Assembly: GCF_009914755.1 (NCBI RefSeq)
Contig: NC_060925.1
Direction: 5' to 3' (one strand)
Length of the DNA: 64,000 nucleotides
Source: the human T2T-CHM13v2.0 reference genome, Homo sapiens
Each line of letters opens with the position of its first letter. Positions within the stretch are counted from its first letter, which is position 1. The position numbers and the translations under genes are program-made. Below are positions 1 through 15,389 of this stretch, piece after piece. Below the pieces are notes generated by a model, which worked only from the letters and a program-made list of their open reading frames with translations, made no database searches and was not told the DNA's origin.

Positions 1-199
1 TTTAGCCTCTGGAAATCTGATCAGAAAAAAAATACATAGTTAAATGTGCTACTTATTATAAGGGCAGGTAATAAAAGGATTTGTTAGAATTCACATTTAT
101 TACAGATACTAACTTTAAGGATTAGATATTTGGTATCATGTTTAGTCTTTCCGCTGTGCTTGATGACCTAATCCCTAAAAAAGACTTTTTAAAAATGTT

Positions 200-431
<232 letters not shown>

Positions 432-1471
432 TTATAAAAATGTGTAATAACGACAGGAAAAGAAGTATTCATCATTCAGCTGCTCTTATATGGGAGTACA
501 TAACGTAATACCTGTAAGTGTTCTTACGGGAAGCAGTAATTGCCAATAAAAGGCTGCTTCTTACTATGTTGAGGAATCTGGGAGAACAAGAGTGGCACAC
601 TTCAGGTATTGCCTGCCACTGTATTATTGGCTGCTATGAAAAGGAAAAAGAGATTACATATTTTATCTTTGATCTTTGCTGCAGTTTTATTTATTGCAGA
701 TATTCATTTTTAGATTGAAAACTATGTTTTATTGTAATTAGTAGATATTTCAGTGCTTGCAGAGTGACAGACTGAATGATAATTTGTGTTATAGAAGACA
801 TGTTTTGTATTGGTGTTAATTGTTCCAGTTGTAGTTGGCAAGGGTGTGTTTTGGTTGATTTGGACAGTTATATTTGTCTTTTGACCAAAGACATAAAATA
901 ATGTCTGAAACACTAAATATCTTATAATAAAACAATTTAAATTTGTTTTGGGGATACATAATAAACATTTGGTACTTTGTAACTTTTAACATCTGCTTTT
1001 AATAGAATACATTCCTATTGCAAGCCTTAAAAATGTATTTACATAGAAAACCACATCAAAATTCAAAACTATAATTAGACAAGCATAGGTTTTGTGGAAT
1101 CTGGATTTGTTTAAGATGTTGAAAGATTTATTTTTTTTTTGAAGATGCTATTCCTATAACTATTTGTAGAGCATACCCAATCAATTCAAGGAATGCAATA
1201 ATATTAACCTCTGCTTTTAAATTTTCTTTTAGCCAGTAAGATTGTTTTTATACTTCTAAGTAAATGGCTAAAAATAAAAAAAAAAACACGAATACACCAG
1301 CATAATATAAAGGAAATGTAATGAAGCTAATTATCCTTCACCTTGCTAGATTATATATTAGGGAAATTATATTTAGGTAATCGTGCTTTGGAATTGCATA
1401 CAATTTAATCATAGTGTAGATAGTTAATTCTTTTGGATTTTATATTTATATACCACGGTATTAAGATTCTG

Positions 1472-1786
<315 letters not shown>

Positions 1787-1895
1787 CTAAATGTACAAGA
1801 AAGGGGTATTAATTTTTAATGGCTAGAATGTTCTGTGTATAATTCATAGGAATTGAAGAAAGATTATAGAATAGAGTATAAGTGCTCTTTGGAAT

Positions 1896-2043
1896 GCCAG
1901 ACGCAGTGGCATGTACCTGTAGACCCACCTACAAGGTGGGCTGTTGTGGGCTGTAGTGTGCTGTGATTTTGCCTGTGATACCCACTGCCCTCCAGCCTAG
2001 GCAACATAGTGAGACCCCATCTCATCTCTAAAAAAAAAAAAAA
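1896..2043 (+). mobile_element. FAM (fossil Alu monomer) with internal deletion
   Basis: GGGCTGTAGTGTGCTGTGAT..GCCTGTGATACCCACTGCCCTCCAGCC resembles the 7SL-like FAM core; A-tail. Confidence 0.75.
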
Positions 2044-3116
2044 TTTTATTTCTATCTGGAGCAGATGATGGGAGAGTGTTTTCTCAGCACAGCCAATTTA
2101 GAGTGGAGCCACTATTGCGGAGAGCCCTCTTTAGTTTCACTGGAAAAACTAAACAGTGAACACTTTCACTGTTGCCCCCTTTTTTGATCCGATGGCAGCA
2201 CAGTTGATCCATTTCAGCAGGGACTGCAGCAGAGGAAATGAGCTAAAATACCAGAAAGGGCACAGAGGTTCTCTGGAGGGCTAATTTATTGTGGAACAAC
2301 CCAAGAGAGACAGTTTTGAGTAATTCAAGTGACTATACTTGAATTATCCTTCAGGTTCCATGCTATATACTAAAGATAGTGCAAACTGTGGGTGGTCAGA
2401 AGTAGAACAGAGTATATAGGCTGGACTTGGGATAAAGGCTGTGTGGAGGAGATATGATTTGAAATGGGCCTTGAAGAATTTATTTGGTTTAAATATGTAG
2501 AGAGGATTAAGGGATGATTTTTGAGAATAGCACCACAAGCAAAGGTTTCCGTGCAGCTCATTTAGCAGACCTGGCTTGCGTGCTTCTGTCTGGGAGTTTT
2601 AGGAATGTGAATGTAGATCATTTATATTCATTTCTCTTAGCTGAATGTGTTTCCTTCTCATCCTTCTACCCAGCCTCGGGTTTGTCATACTAGAAATAAG
2701 TGTGAGGACTGAATTTAGATTAATTGGACCTGAAGCTTATTTTGGTGTCACGGTATGAAACAGCAGGATGTATCCTTCTTTACCATGGACAGCAACAGGA
2801 TTTGGGATGATCTCAGGGCAAAGGAGGATTTTATTCGTCATTTGACCTACATAGTCACAATTATGATAGGTCCTACCTTTTGTCTACCAGAAGGGATGCT
2901 GGTGACGACACTAGTCAGATTATTCACAACCAAACTTCGTGTGACCTAAACTGAAAAAGAGTTCCTGTTATTTGAGGGCATAAGTTTAAGATTTAGAAAA
3001 AAAATAATAAAGTTCTTATTTGTGTCTTTAGTTTCTTTAATTTAAAACTTTTTATAAATGGAAAATAAACTGTTTCTTTTTTAAAGCCATAACCATTTGC
3101 AAAATGGAGGTTTTAA

Positions 3117-3426
<310 letters not shown>

Positions 3427-4129
3427 AACGAAATGGAAGATGTTTAGTATTTCACCTTTAGTTTTTGTTAATTTATGAATCTTTAAAATTACTTTGGGAC
3501 CTGAAACTGTCTGAAGTATTACTTTAGCAAGCTGTCTGGAGGAGAGTCTTCTCGAGATAGTGAGGAACTTGGTGAATCCTCTCCCCAGTAAAACAACAAC
3601 TTAACTGGTGAGAATTATAACAAAAAATTGTGTAAAATCTCTGAAAATTGTCCTAAGGGCACACAGGAAACGGAGAAACAGTCATTCAAGAAAATCTCCT
3701 AAAACTCATAACAGCAAGAGTCTCTGACAGTTGAGCCACAACCCACTCTGTTACCAGCCACCCCCAGCTCTGCTCTACTCTAGACATGTGTGGCCAAGAA
3801 GACCATAGTTCTCTGTCTTTCTCTACAACTATGTCTATGGCTATGATTTTGGTCTGGGAGAGGCAGGATGCTGGCATTTCTAATTTCTTCAGTCTCCTGT
3901 TAGAGAAGCTTTATAACAGGCAAGCATGGAGAACCACGGGAGACCTTTGAGAAGGGCCCTTTAAGGATCACCATCATCGATGGAAGTAGGGAGGGTGTGA
4001 ATACACACCTGCCAGGCTGCAGCCATCCAAGCAAGAGCAATCAGAGCAAGATGTGGTGTCCCCAGGAAAGCATTCGCTAACCTCATACAGACCCACCAAA
4101 ACCAAGCGGAAGCTTCACTGGCATGAGTC

Positions 4130-4130
<1 letters not shown>

Positions 4131-4165
<35 letters not shown>
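4131..4165. repeat. (GT)n microsatellite
   Basis: About 17 GT units with one interruption. Confidence 0.95.
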
Positions 4166-4170
<5 letters not shown>

Positions 4171-5319
4171 AATCCCATTTTATTTATTTATTTTCTTTTA
4201 TTATACTTTAAGTTCTGGGATACATGTGCAGAACATGCAGGTTTGTTACATAGGTATACACGTGCCATGGTGGTTTGCTGCACCCATCAACCCGTCATCT
4301 ACATGAGGTATTTCTCCTAATGCTATCCCTCCTCCAGCCCCCCCACCCCACGACAGGCCCCGGTGTGTGATGTTCTGCTCCATGTGTCCATGTGTTCTCA
4401 TTGTTCAACTCTCACTTATGAGTGAGAACATGCAGTATTTGGTTTTCTGTTTGTGTGTTAGTTTGCTGAGAATGATGGTTTCCAGCTTCATCGATGTCTC
4501 TGCAAAGGACATGAACTCATCCTTTTTTATGGCTGCATTGTATTCCATGGTGTATATGTGCCACATTTTCTTTATCCAGCCTATCATTGATGGGCATTTT
4601 GGGTGGTTCCAAGTCTTTGCTATTGTGAATAGTGCTGCAATAAACATATGTGTGCATGCGTCTTTATAGTAGAATGATTTATAATCCTTTGAGTATATAC
4701 CCAGTAATGGGATTGCTGGGTCAAATGGTATTTCTGGTTCTAGATCCTTGAGGAATCACCACACTGTCTTCCACAATGGTTGAACTAATTTACACTCCCA
4801 CCAACAGTGTAAAAGCGTTCCTATTTCTCCACATCCTCTCCAGCATCTGTTATTTCCCAACTTTTTAATGATCGCCATTCTGACTGGCATGAGATGGTAT
4901 CTCATTGTGTTTTTGATTTGCATTTCTCTAATGACCAGTGATGATGAGCTTTTTTTCATATGTTTATTGGCCACATAAATGTCTTCTTTTGAGAAGTGTC
5001 TGTTCATATCCTTTGCCCACTTTTTGATGGGATTGTTTGTTTGTTTTTTTTCTTGTAAATTTGTTTAAGTTCTTTGTAGATTCTGGTAGATTCTGGATGT
5101 TAGCCCTTTTGTCAGATGGATAGATTGCAAAAATTTTCTCCCATTCTGTCGGTTGCCTGTTCACTCTGATGATAGTTTGTTTTGCTGTGCAGATGCTCTT
5201 TAATTAGATCCCGTTTGTCAATTTTGGCTTTTGTTGCCATTGCTTTTGGTGTTTTAATCATGAAGACTTTGCCCATGCCTATGTCCTGAATGGTATTGCC
5301 TAGGTTTTCTTCTAGGGAC

Positions 5320-5584
<265 letters not shown>

Positions 5585-8116
5585 AGGTTTTAGGTCTTGT
5601 GTTTAAGTCTTTAATCCATCTTGAGTTAATTTTCATATAGGATGTAAGGAAAGGGGTTCAGTTTCAGTTTTCTGCATATGGCTGCCAGTTTTCCCAACAC
5701 CATTTATTAAATAGGGACTCCTTTCCCCATTGCTTGTTTTTGTCAGGTTTGTCAAAGGTCAGATGGTTGTAGATGTGTAACATTATTTCTGAGGCCTCTG
5801 CTCTGTTCCATTGGTCTATATATCTGTTTTGGTACCAGTACCATGCTGTTTTGGTTACTGTAGCCTTGTAGTAGAGTTTGAAGTCAGGTAGTGTGATGCT
5901 TCCAGCTTTGTTCTTTTTGCTTAGGATGACTTGGCTATATGGGCTCTTTTATGGTTCTATATGAAATTTAAAGTAGTTTTTTTTTTTAAATTCTGTGAAG
6001 GAAGTCAATGGTAGCTTGATGGGGGTAGCATTGAACCTATAAATTACTTTGTGCACTATGGCCATTTTCACAATATTGATTCTTCCTATCCATGAGCATG
6101 GAATGTTTTTCCATTTGTTTGTGACCTCTCTTGTTTCCTTGAGCAGTGGTTTGCAGTTCTCCTTGAAGAGGTTCTTCACATCCCTTGTAAGTTTTATTCC
6201 TAGGTATTTTATTCTCTTTGTAGCAATTGTGAATGGGAGTTCACTCATGATTTGGCTCTCTGTTTGTCTATTATTGGTGTATAGGAATGTTTGTGATTTT
6301 TGCACATTGATTTTGTATCCTGAGACTTTGCTGAAGTTGCTTATCAGCTTAAGGAGATTTGGGGCTGAGACGATGGGATTTTCTAAATATACAATCATGT
6401 CATCTGCAAACGGAGACAATTTGACTTCCTATTTGAATACCCTTTATTTCTTTCTTTTGCCTGATTGCCCTGGCCAGAACTTTTAATACTGTGTTGAATA
6501 GGAGTGGTGAGAGAGGGCATCCTTGTCTTGTGCCAGTTTTCAAAAGGAATGCTTCCATCTTCTGCCCATTCAGTATGATATTGGCTGTGGGTTTGTCATA
6601 AATAGCTTTTATTATTTTGAGATACATTCCATCAATACCTAGTTTATTGAGAGCTTTTAGCATAAAGCGGTGCTGAATTTTATTGAAGGCCTTTTCTGCA
6701 TCTGTTGAGATAATCATCTGGTTTTTTGCACTGGTTCTGTTTATGTGATGGGTTACGTTTTTGATTTATGTATGTTGAACCAGCCTTGCATCCCAGGGAT
6801 TAAGCAAATTTGATCATGGTAGATAAGCTTTTTGATTTGCTGCTGGATTCGGTTTGCCATTATTTTATTGAGGATTTTCGCATCGATGTTCATTAGGGAT
6901 ATTGGCCTGAAATTGTTTTGTTTTGTTTTGTCTCTGCCAGGTTTTGGTATCAGGATGATGCTGGCCTCACAAAATGAGTTAGGGCAGAGTCCCTCTTTTT
7001 CTACTGTTTGGAACCGTTTCGGAAGGAATGGTACCAGCTGGTCTTTGTACCTCTGGTAAAATTCGGCTGTGAATCTGTCTAGTCCTGGGCTTTTTTTGGT
7101 TGGTAGGCTAGCAATTACTGCCTCGTTTTCAGAACTTGTTATTGGTTTATTCAGGGATATGACTTCTTCCTTGTTTGGACTTGAGAGGGTGTATGTGTCC
7201 AAGAATTTATCCATTTCTTCTAGATTTTCTAGTTTATTTGGGTAGAGGTGTTTATAGTATTCTCTGATGGTAGTTTGTATTTCTGTGGGATCAGTGGTGA
7301 TATCCCCTTTATCATTTTTTATTGTGTCTATTTGTTTCTTATCTCTTTTCTTCTTTATTAGTCTGGCTAGTGGTCTATTTTGTTAATCTTTTAAAAAACA
7401 CCAGCTCCTGGATTCGTTAATTTTTTTGAAGGGCTTTCCATGTCTCTATCTCCTTCAGTTCTGCTCTGATCTTAGTTATTTCTTATCTTCTGCTAGCTTT
7501 TGGGTTTGTTGGCTCTTGCTTCTCTAGTTCTTTTAATTTTGATGTTAGAGTGTTGATTTTAGATCTTTCCTGCTTTCTCCTGTAGACATTTAGTGCTATA
7601 AATTTCCCTCTTAATTACTGCTTTAGCTGTGTCCCAGAGATTCTGGTACGTTGTATCTTTGTTCTCATTGGTTTCAAAGAACTTATTTATTTCTGGCTTG
7701 ATTTCGTTATTTACCCAGTAGTCGTTCAGGAGCAGGTTGTTCAGTTTCTATGTAGTTATGTGGCTTTGACTGAGATTCTTAATCCTGAGTTGTAATTTGA
7801 TTGTACTGTGGTCTGAGAGACTGTTTGTTATGATTTCCATTCTTTTGCATTTGCTGAGGAGTGTTTTACTTCCAGTTATGTGTTCAATTTTAGAATAAGT
7901 GCGATGAGAAGAATGTATATTCTGTTGATTTGGGGTGGAGAGTTCTGTAGATGTCTATTAGGTCCACTTGGTCCTAATAGGACCAAAGATTTCAAGTTCT
8001 GAATATCCTTGTTAATTTTCTGTCTCGTTGATCTGTCAAATGTTGACAGTGGGGTGTTAAAATCTCCCACTATTATTGTGTGGGAGTCTAAGTCTTGGCA
8101 TGAGTCTTAAACATAC

Positions 8117-8546
8117 TCTTACTGAAACACCAGGGGTTCAGTCTAGTTCGTGCTGCTCGCCGCACAGAAAGCCAATCACTGAGATGACAAGTATTGCCAA
8201 GGAAGAAGGCTTTAATCATTTGCTGCAGCCAAGGAGATGGGAGCTCAGTCTCAAATCCATCTCCCTGGCTGACTAAAATTAGAGGTCTATATAGTGGGGG
8301 AGAAATGTAGCAATGTGTAAGAAAACAAGAACTAGCATGCAGCAAGGAGTCAATCATGGTGAATGAGGGGTCTGGTGTGGTGAGCTGGTGAGTTTTAGTT
8401 CTTTGATACTTATTTAGAGGCCTGAAGGTGCTTTTTGGAGGAAGGAACTCAGATAAAACAAATATAAGTTTCAAGCATTAAGACCAAATGATCAATTTCT
8501 ATGTTCATCAAAAAGATCTGTCTATGGGACTATTGGGTCAGTTTCA
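8117..8546 (-). mobile_element. Solo ERV LTR (LTR47-like; family uncertain)
   Basis: Minus strand starts TGAAACTGACCCAATAGTCCCATAG; U5-like ACTGAAACACCAGGGGTTC at the other end; 4-bp TSD ATAC (8113-8116 / 8547-8550). Confidence 0.8.
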
Positions 8547-10126
8547 ATACCTCTGTTAAAACACTGAGCAAACAATAAGCTATTCTGACACAGGGGCAAT
8601 TCCTAAGAAACGAGGCTTAAAAATAATATTGCAGTCATCTCTGGCAGTCTGAAAGCTGTGTACATACCCAAGGCTGTACCCTCACAGGAGCAACTGGAGA
8701 GGGAAAAGCCCAGTGGCTAGTTTCCAGATGAACATGGTAGAAAAAATTGGTAAATTCCCTGAATGTGATAGCAGACTCCAAGGCACCCCTCAGCCCCAGT
8801 GGTTAAGGGTAAAACCCTAAGGGCCCAGGGGCCTTAAGAATAATCTTTCACTGATAAATGGCTCATGCCCATTCAGGGGTGACCCATAGGTAGCCAGGCT
8901 GAAAGATTAAAAACGTGAAGGAAAAATGTGTGCAGGAATGTCAGGCTGCTCACTGAGCCAGAAACAGATTTCACTGAATGAGCCTAGTGAAGTAACCAAG
9001 TAAATAAATAGGCAAACCAGAAACACAAGAAGCTCTGGGGCAGGGAAGGGAAAAATCAATATCTGGAATTGATAAAATATAATGCGTGAAATGTCTAGTT
9101 TTCAACAACAAATTCAAGTCATGTAAAGAACAGGAAAGAGTGGCCTATACACAGGAAAACACACAGGCAACAGAAACATTATTCAAAAGGACCCAGATGT
9201 TAGACTTAACAAAGAACTCAACGCACCCATTAAAAATATCTTCAAAGAACTCCAGGCAACTATTTGTAAGAAATCAAAGAAGGTATGGGGACACTGTCAA
9301 GTAGGGAATATCAATAAATAGATTGACATTATAAAATAATTCTAGAGTTAAAAGTACAATAACCAAAATGGGAAAAAATTACTAGATGATTTAACGATCG
9401 ATTAGTGGTGACAGAAGAAAATAATCAGCAGACTTGAACATAGATCAATAGAGATGGCACAATCTGAAGAACATACACAGAAAAGAATGAAAAAAACTGA
9501 CAGCCTCAGAAAAATGGGGGTACACCACTAAGGGACCAGTGTATGTGAACTATATCCAAAGGAGAGGAGAGAGAAAAGGGGCAGAAAAATAATTGAATGT
9601 ATGTGGCTGAAAACTTCTCAACTTTATGAAAAACATTAATACACACATCCAAGAAGTTCAATGAATTCCTCATAGATAAACATAAAGAGATCCACACCCC
9701 CTATATCATAGTCAAATTGTTGAAAGCTAACAATTAAAAAGTATGAATGCAGTGAAAGAAAAACAACACATCTCATACAAGGGAACCCCAATAATACTAA
9801 CAGCAGACTTATCAGAATTAATGAAGACCAGAAGGCAGTAGGATGACATTCAAAGTACTGAAAGCGAAATGTTCAACCAGTCATCTTACATCCAGTGAGA
9901 GTTTTTCTAAAATGGAGACAAAAGACAGACATTTCCAGATAAACAAAAACTGAGAGAATTTGTTGCTAAAAGACCTGGCTTTCAAGAAACAGTAAAGAAA
10001 GTTCAAGTTGAACGAAAATGATATGGTAATTTGAGATCACATATACAAAAACAAGGAGCACTGGTAAACATTTTTTATCTGCACAAAACATAGTATAATT
10101 ACATAGTTCTCTTAAGTGATAGTTTG

Positions 10127-10207
10127 TGGCTGCAGTGAGCTATGATCATGCCACTGTACTCCTGCCTGGGTGGTAGAATGAGACCTTGTCTCTAAAAAAG
10201 AAAAAAG
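10127..10207 (+). mobile_element. AluJ/FRAM 3' fragment
   Basis: GGCTGCAGTGAGCTATGATCATGCCACTG... with A-tail. Confidence 0.85.
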
Positions 10208-10273
10208 ACAAAAGTCCATGAACATCTCAATAGCTGCAGAATCCGCAGTTACCAAATCGTATACACTTTAGTG

Positions 10274-10313
10274 ACACACACACACACACACACACACATA
10301 CACACACACACAC
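10274..10313. repeat. (AC)n microsatellite
   Basis: About 20 units with one AT interruption. Confidence 0.95.
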
Positions 10314-11474
10314 AAATGGGACTAGAAGGGAACTTCCTCAGCCTGATAGCATCTGTGAAAAACCCAGGGCTCACATTGAAGACTGGATGTTTTTCAGGAA
10401 AAAGACAAGGATGTTCATTCTTGTTACTTCTGTTTAGCAATGTGCTAGAAGTTCTAGTCAAGGCAATTAGGCAAGGGAAAGAAATAAATGGTCTCCTGAT
10501 TGGAATGGAAGCAGCAAAACATTTTGCAGATGACATGATCTTGTATGTAAGAAGTCCTAAGGAATTCATTAGAAGAAGCTATTAGATGTAACAAGGAATC
10601 TAATTGTATTTCTAGACATTAGCAATTATCATTGTGAAAATGTAATTAGGAAAACAACTCCCTTTGCAGTATTATTAAAAAGAATAAGATACTGAAGTAT
10701 GGATTTTAAAAAAGAATTTTACACTGAATCTAGAAAGCATTGTTGAAAGAAGTTAAGGAGGATCTAAATAAAGGGAACATGCCATGGTTATGGATGGGAA
10801 GACTTGATATTGTTAAGATGATGATACTTGCCAAGTTGTCCTACAGATTCAACACAGTGTCTAGCAACATCCCAACCATTTCTCCAAACTCATTTTTTTT
10901 AGCAAAATAGACAAGCTAATTTAAAAATTCACGTGAAAAATGAAGGATCTCAGAATAGCCAAAACAATCTAGCAAAAGAACGAAGTTGGAAGCCTCCTGA
11001 TTTCAAAAGTTATTACAAAACTATAGTAATTAAGACAATATAGTACTGGCATACTAATACACATATTGGTCAATGGAATATATTTGAGAGTCCAGAAATC
11101 AGTTCTTACATTTATGGTCTGTTGATTTTTGACAATGGTACTAAGACATTTCAAGGGTGAAAGAATGGTCTTTTCAACAAATGGTGTTGGGACAACTGTA
11201 TATCCACATGCAAAAGAATGAGATTAGGCAATGGTTTCTTAGATCTATGACTCTAAAAGCACATATGACAAAAGAAAAAATAGATTATTCTACATCAAAG
11301 TTAACAATTTTGAATCTACAAACAATACCATCAAAAAACTTAAAAAGACAACCAACCCACAAAATGGGAGGAAATGTTTGCAAGTCACAAATCTGATAAG
11401 TGGTTAACATCCTGAATATCTAAATAACTCCTACAACTCAATAACAACAATAATTTTAAAAAAATCTAATTTCA

Positions 11475-11969
<495 letters not shown>

Positions 11970-12452
11970 CTAGCATGATAAGGATGCGGAGAAACTGGAA
12001 CCCTCATACACCGCTGGTGGAAATGAAAAAAGGTGCAGCCATTTGAATTTCAATAAGAATTTCAAGTCTTAGCCTATTTATGCAAGTATTTGCTAGTAAG
12101 TATTTTTTATGAGAAGGTAAATAATTTTGCTGGTAGCACTTGTTACCCATAGAATGATCATGATATCAGACTATAATTTTCTGGATAAATAATATATTTT
12201 TCAACCTCAAAAAACCTTAAGATAAACTTTTTTTTCCCTAAAAATAAATGGTCAAAAGTTTAAGCTGTTTTTAACTTAAAGCATAATATAGTTTTATAGG
12301 CAAGAGTTCATTAATCTCAGAAGGAGAAATTTATAACTTTTTTCTTTGCTTTTGATGAAGAGACTAAAGATATATGGACTGTGATTTTTCTCTTGAGGAG
12401 TCTGGGCTCTGGGAATATAATTAAAACCCCTTTGGAAAATCCTTTCTGGCCT

Positions 12453-12501
12453 TCTGGGGGATTCTGGTGACTTTCGGACACAGTCACCAGAATCCCCCAG
12501 A
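12453..12501. repeat. Perfect 20-bp inverted repeat with 9-nt spacer
   Basis: TCTGGGGGATTCTGGTGACT-ttcggacac-AGTCACCAGAATCCCCCAGA. Confidence 0.97.
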
Positions 12502-13609
12502 GACAGATTTGCTGTGTTTATGAAGATTACCTCCACTGTTGTTTTAATATTTGACAGTAAACTGGTTTTATTGCCTATTTTCATAAAAGTTTTGAAGACT
12601 CTTTCTTCCATCAAGTCTTCATGGAGGAAGGAGGATTGAAAGCAAAATCTAAAGACTTCTGTGTTTTTAACTTACACGTTGAACAGACCTATGTGGAAAT
12701 AGAGATTTGCATTATTGAACCTAAATTTGAATGCACAAATTAAAATTAGCCCATACCCCACCATTCTTCCCCCTCTTCCTCACCTTATCCATCTCCCTCC
12801 CTCTCTCTTTCTTTCACGTGCTGTGATGTTTGATCTTCTCTTGGTAATCAACATACCTTACCCTTTATGCTCATATACAGAGTGAAGATCAAAAAGTATT
12901 GATTTATTGGTGACAGTTAATGATGCCTCCCTAGAAGAGTCAGGACTTAATATGCTGCTATGATAGTACCAATGTACTGTTTATAAAAAATGACTATGTT
13001 TGGTGGTTCTGTGGAATTGTTTCATGTGATGATGCGCCAGGTTTAAAAGTGAATGAAATGTCTGTGCTATCCTTCCATAGCTGACTTTTTTTTTATTTTT
13101 ATTTTTTTAAGAGACAGAGTCTCAGACTGGAGTGTTCTAGTTTAAAAGCAAATTATACCATCGTCTAAATTAGAATCATTTATTTAACTAGGAGGAAAAG
13201 CACAGCTTCTGAATAGTGATTTGAAGGCATAGAAGTTTGAGGGCCTGAGGTGTTTAATCTGGCATGATTTGTGAGGGGCTTGTAGTAGGTACAGTGGTGA
13301 CTTGAAATAATAATTAGGTTTGAACTGATTCAGTAGTTTTGCATTTTCAAACTTGGATTTAGTTTGCGAGATTTTTTCTACCCAAACAGCATAAAGAGCT
13401 TATGTAAGGCAAGCTTCTTTGGGTTTATGTTATTTAATAAATGTCTTCAAGCACTAGAAATAGTGGTTTTGAAGAAGTCCTCTTGTCACATCTATCCGGT
13501 CTTATCATCCTCTGAGTTTATCCCTTTTAAAAATCCCTCTGTTCTCCAAAGCGTTTGTAGGCACTTCTTGAATTCATTGATCCTCATTGCTTGGTTTCCT
13601 TCCTGGTAA

Positions 13610-14044
<435 letters not shown>

Positions 14045-14095
14045 TCTTTTTCTTAATTTGAAATTATGCAACACTATGGAGTTGAAAACCTACTT

Positions 14096-14337
14096 AAAAA
14101 TATCTTTTTCATACACGTATACTTTAACAAATCCAGACCATGTCAGCTTCTGATGTTTCTAACAGGAAAGAATACATCCCTCTTAACTACACTTAACATT
14201 TTAGATTGTTCAAGAATCTCTACTCTTTTCTGTATTCATGTTGAGATACAATTAGCATCTCATGTATGGCAACCAGGATTGCATGCAAAATTCTAGAAAG
14301 AATCTATAACATATGACTCATACCAAACAGTAATTTG
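14096..14337 (+). repeat. Copy 1 of a ~243-bp diverged direct duplication
   Basis: Aligns by eye to 16498-16742 at about 87% identity. Confidence 0.93.
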
Positions 14338-14753
14338 TTTGTTTTCAGTTTGCCCTCTTTTTTTCTTAATCCAACTTAATAAGTCATGTTTGCCATTCTT
14401 GAGGTTACTAATATGGTTTCACAGATTTCAGTACCCTGTTTTAATAACCACGGCATTCCTTCCTTATAATAGTCTACTATACATTTTTTTTCCCCGCTAG
14501 GCCACCCAGGACTTTGTTGAATCTGTCACATCCTTACTGTTTTTCTTACTCATCTTACTGTGGCCTTGCTGTTTTGCTCAGATATTTATTTTATCTTTTC
14601 TGTGTGTTTACTCACATCAACATCGTAGTTTTAAAATGTAAGCTGTTGTAAATTTCTAGTGGTTTATTGTTGCCCACGCTTTTAAAAAATTCATTCATTC
14701 ACTGTAACAGCCACTTAATAAATTCAGATTATTAGAAAACTACTGTGTATGAT

Positions 14754-15060
14754 GGCCGGGCTTGGTGGCTCACTCCTGTAATCCCAGCACTTTGGGAGGC
14801 CAAGGCAGGTGGATCACCTGAGCTCAGGAGTTCAATACCAGCCTGACCAACATGGTGAAACCCCGTCTTTACTAAAAAGACAAAAATTATCCGGGCTTGG
14901 TGGCGGGCACCTGTAATCCCAGCTACTCAGGAGGCTGAGGCAGGAGAATCGCTCAAACCCTGGAGGTGAACAGAAGTTGCAGTGAGCCGAGATCGCACCA
15001 CTGCACTCCAGCCTGGGTGACAGAGCGAGACTTCATCTCAAAAAAGAAAAAAAAAAAAAA
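14754..15060 (+). mobile_element. AluSx/Sq-like
   Basis: Full dimer; TSD core ACTGTGTATG on both sides. Confidence 0.93.
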
Positions 15061-15275
15061 GACTGTGTATGGGTCTATCTTCCTTTTAAATTTCTTTCTC
15101 AAAGCATGTAAAACCATCTCTCTTGCTAAGACTATTCTACTGATTTTTAAATTTAATTCCACAGAAGTCATCTAGAGGAAGTGACATACTATTGTGCTGA
15201 AGACTCATGCTGAGTTTAAGAGAAAAATTCACATTTGAAAGATGTTGCTTATTCTGAAAAACTCAATATATAAAT

Positions 15276-15389
15276 CTTACAAAGAATAGGACCACCTCAT
15301 TAATTAATTAGTAGGACCTTACAAAGAATAGGACCACTTCATTAATTAATTAGTAGGACCTTACAAAGAATAGGACCACCTCATTAATT
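15276..15389. repeat. 42-bp minisatellite, 2.7 copies
   Basis: CTTACAAAGAATAGGACCACCTCATTAATTAATTAGTAGGAC starting at 15276, 15318 and 15360; one substitution. Confidence 0.96.

Noticed and set aside
5949-7214. 105-156 aa ORFs with RT-like motifs
   Set aside because: Frameshifted L1 ORF2 fragments, not a host gene or an active element.
15276-15389. CRISPR-like array
   Set aside because: Eukaryotic DNA; head-to-tail units without unique spacers.
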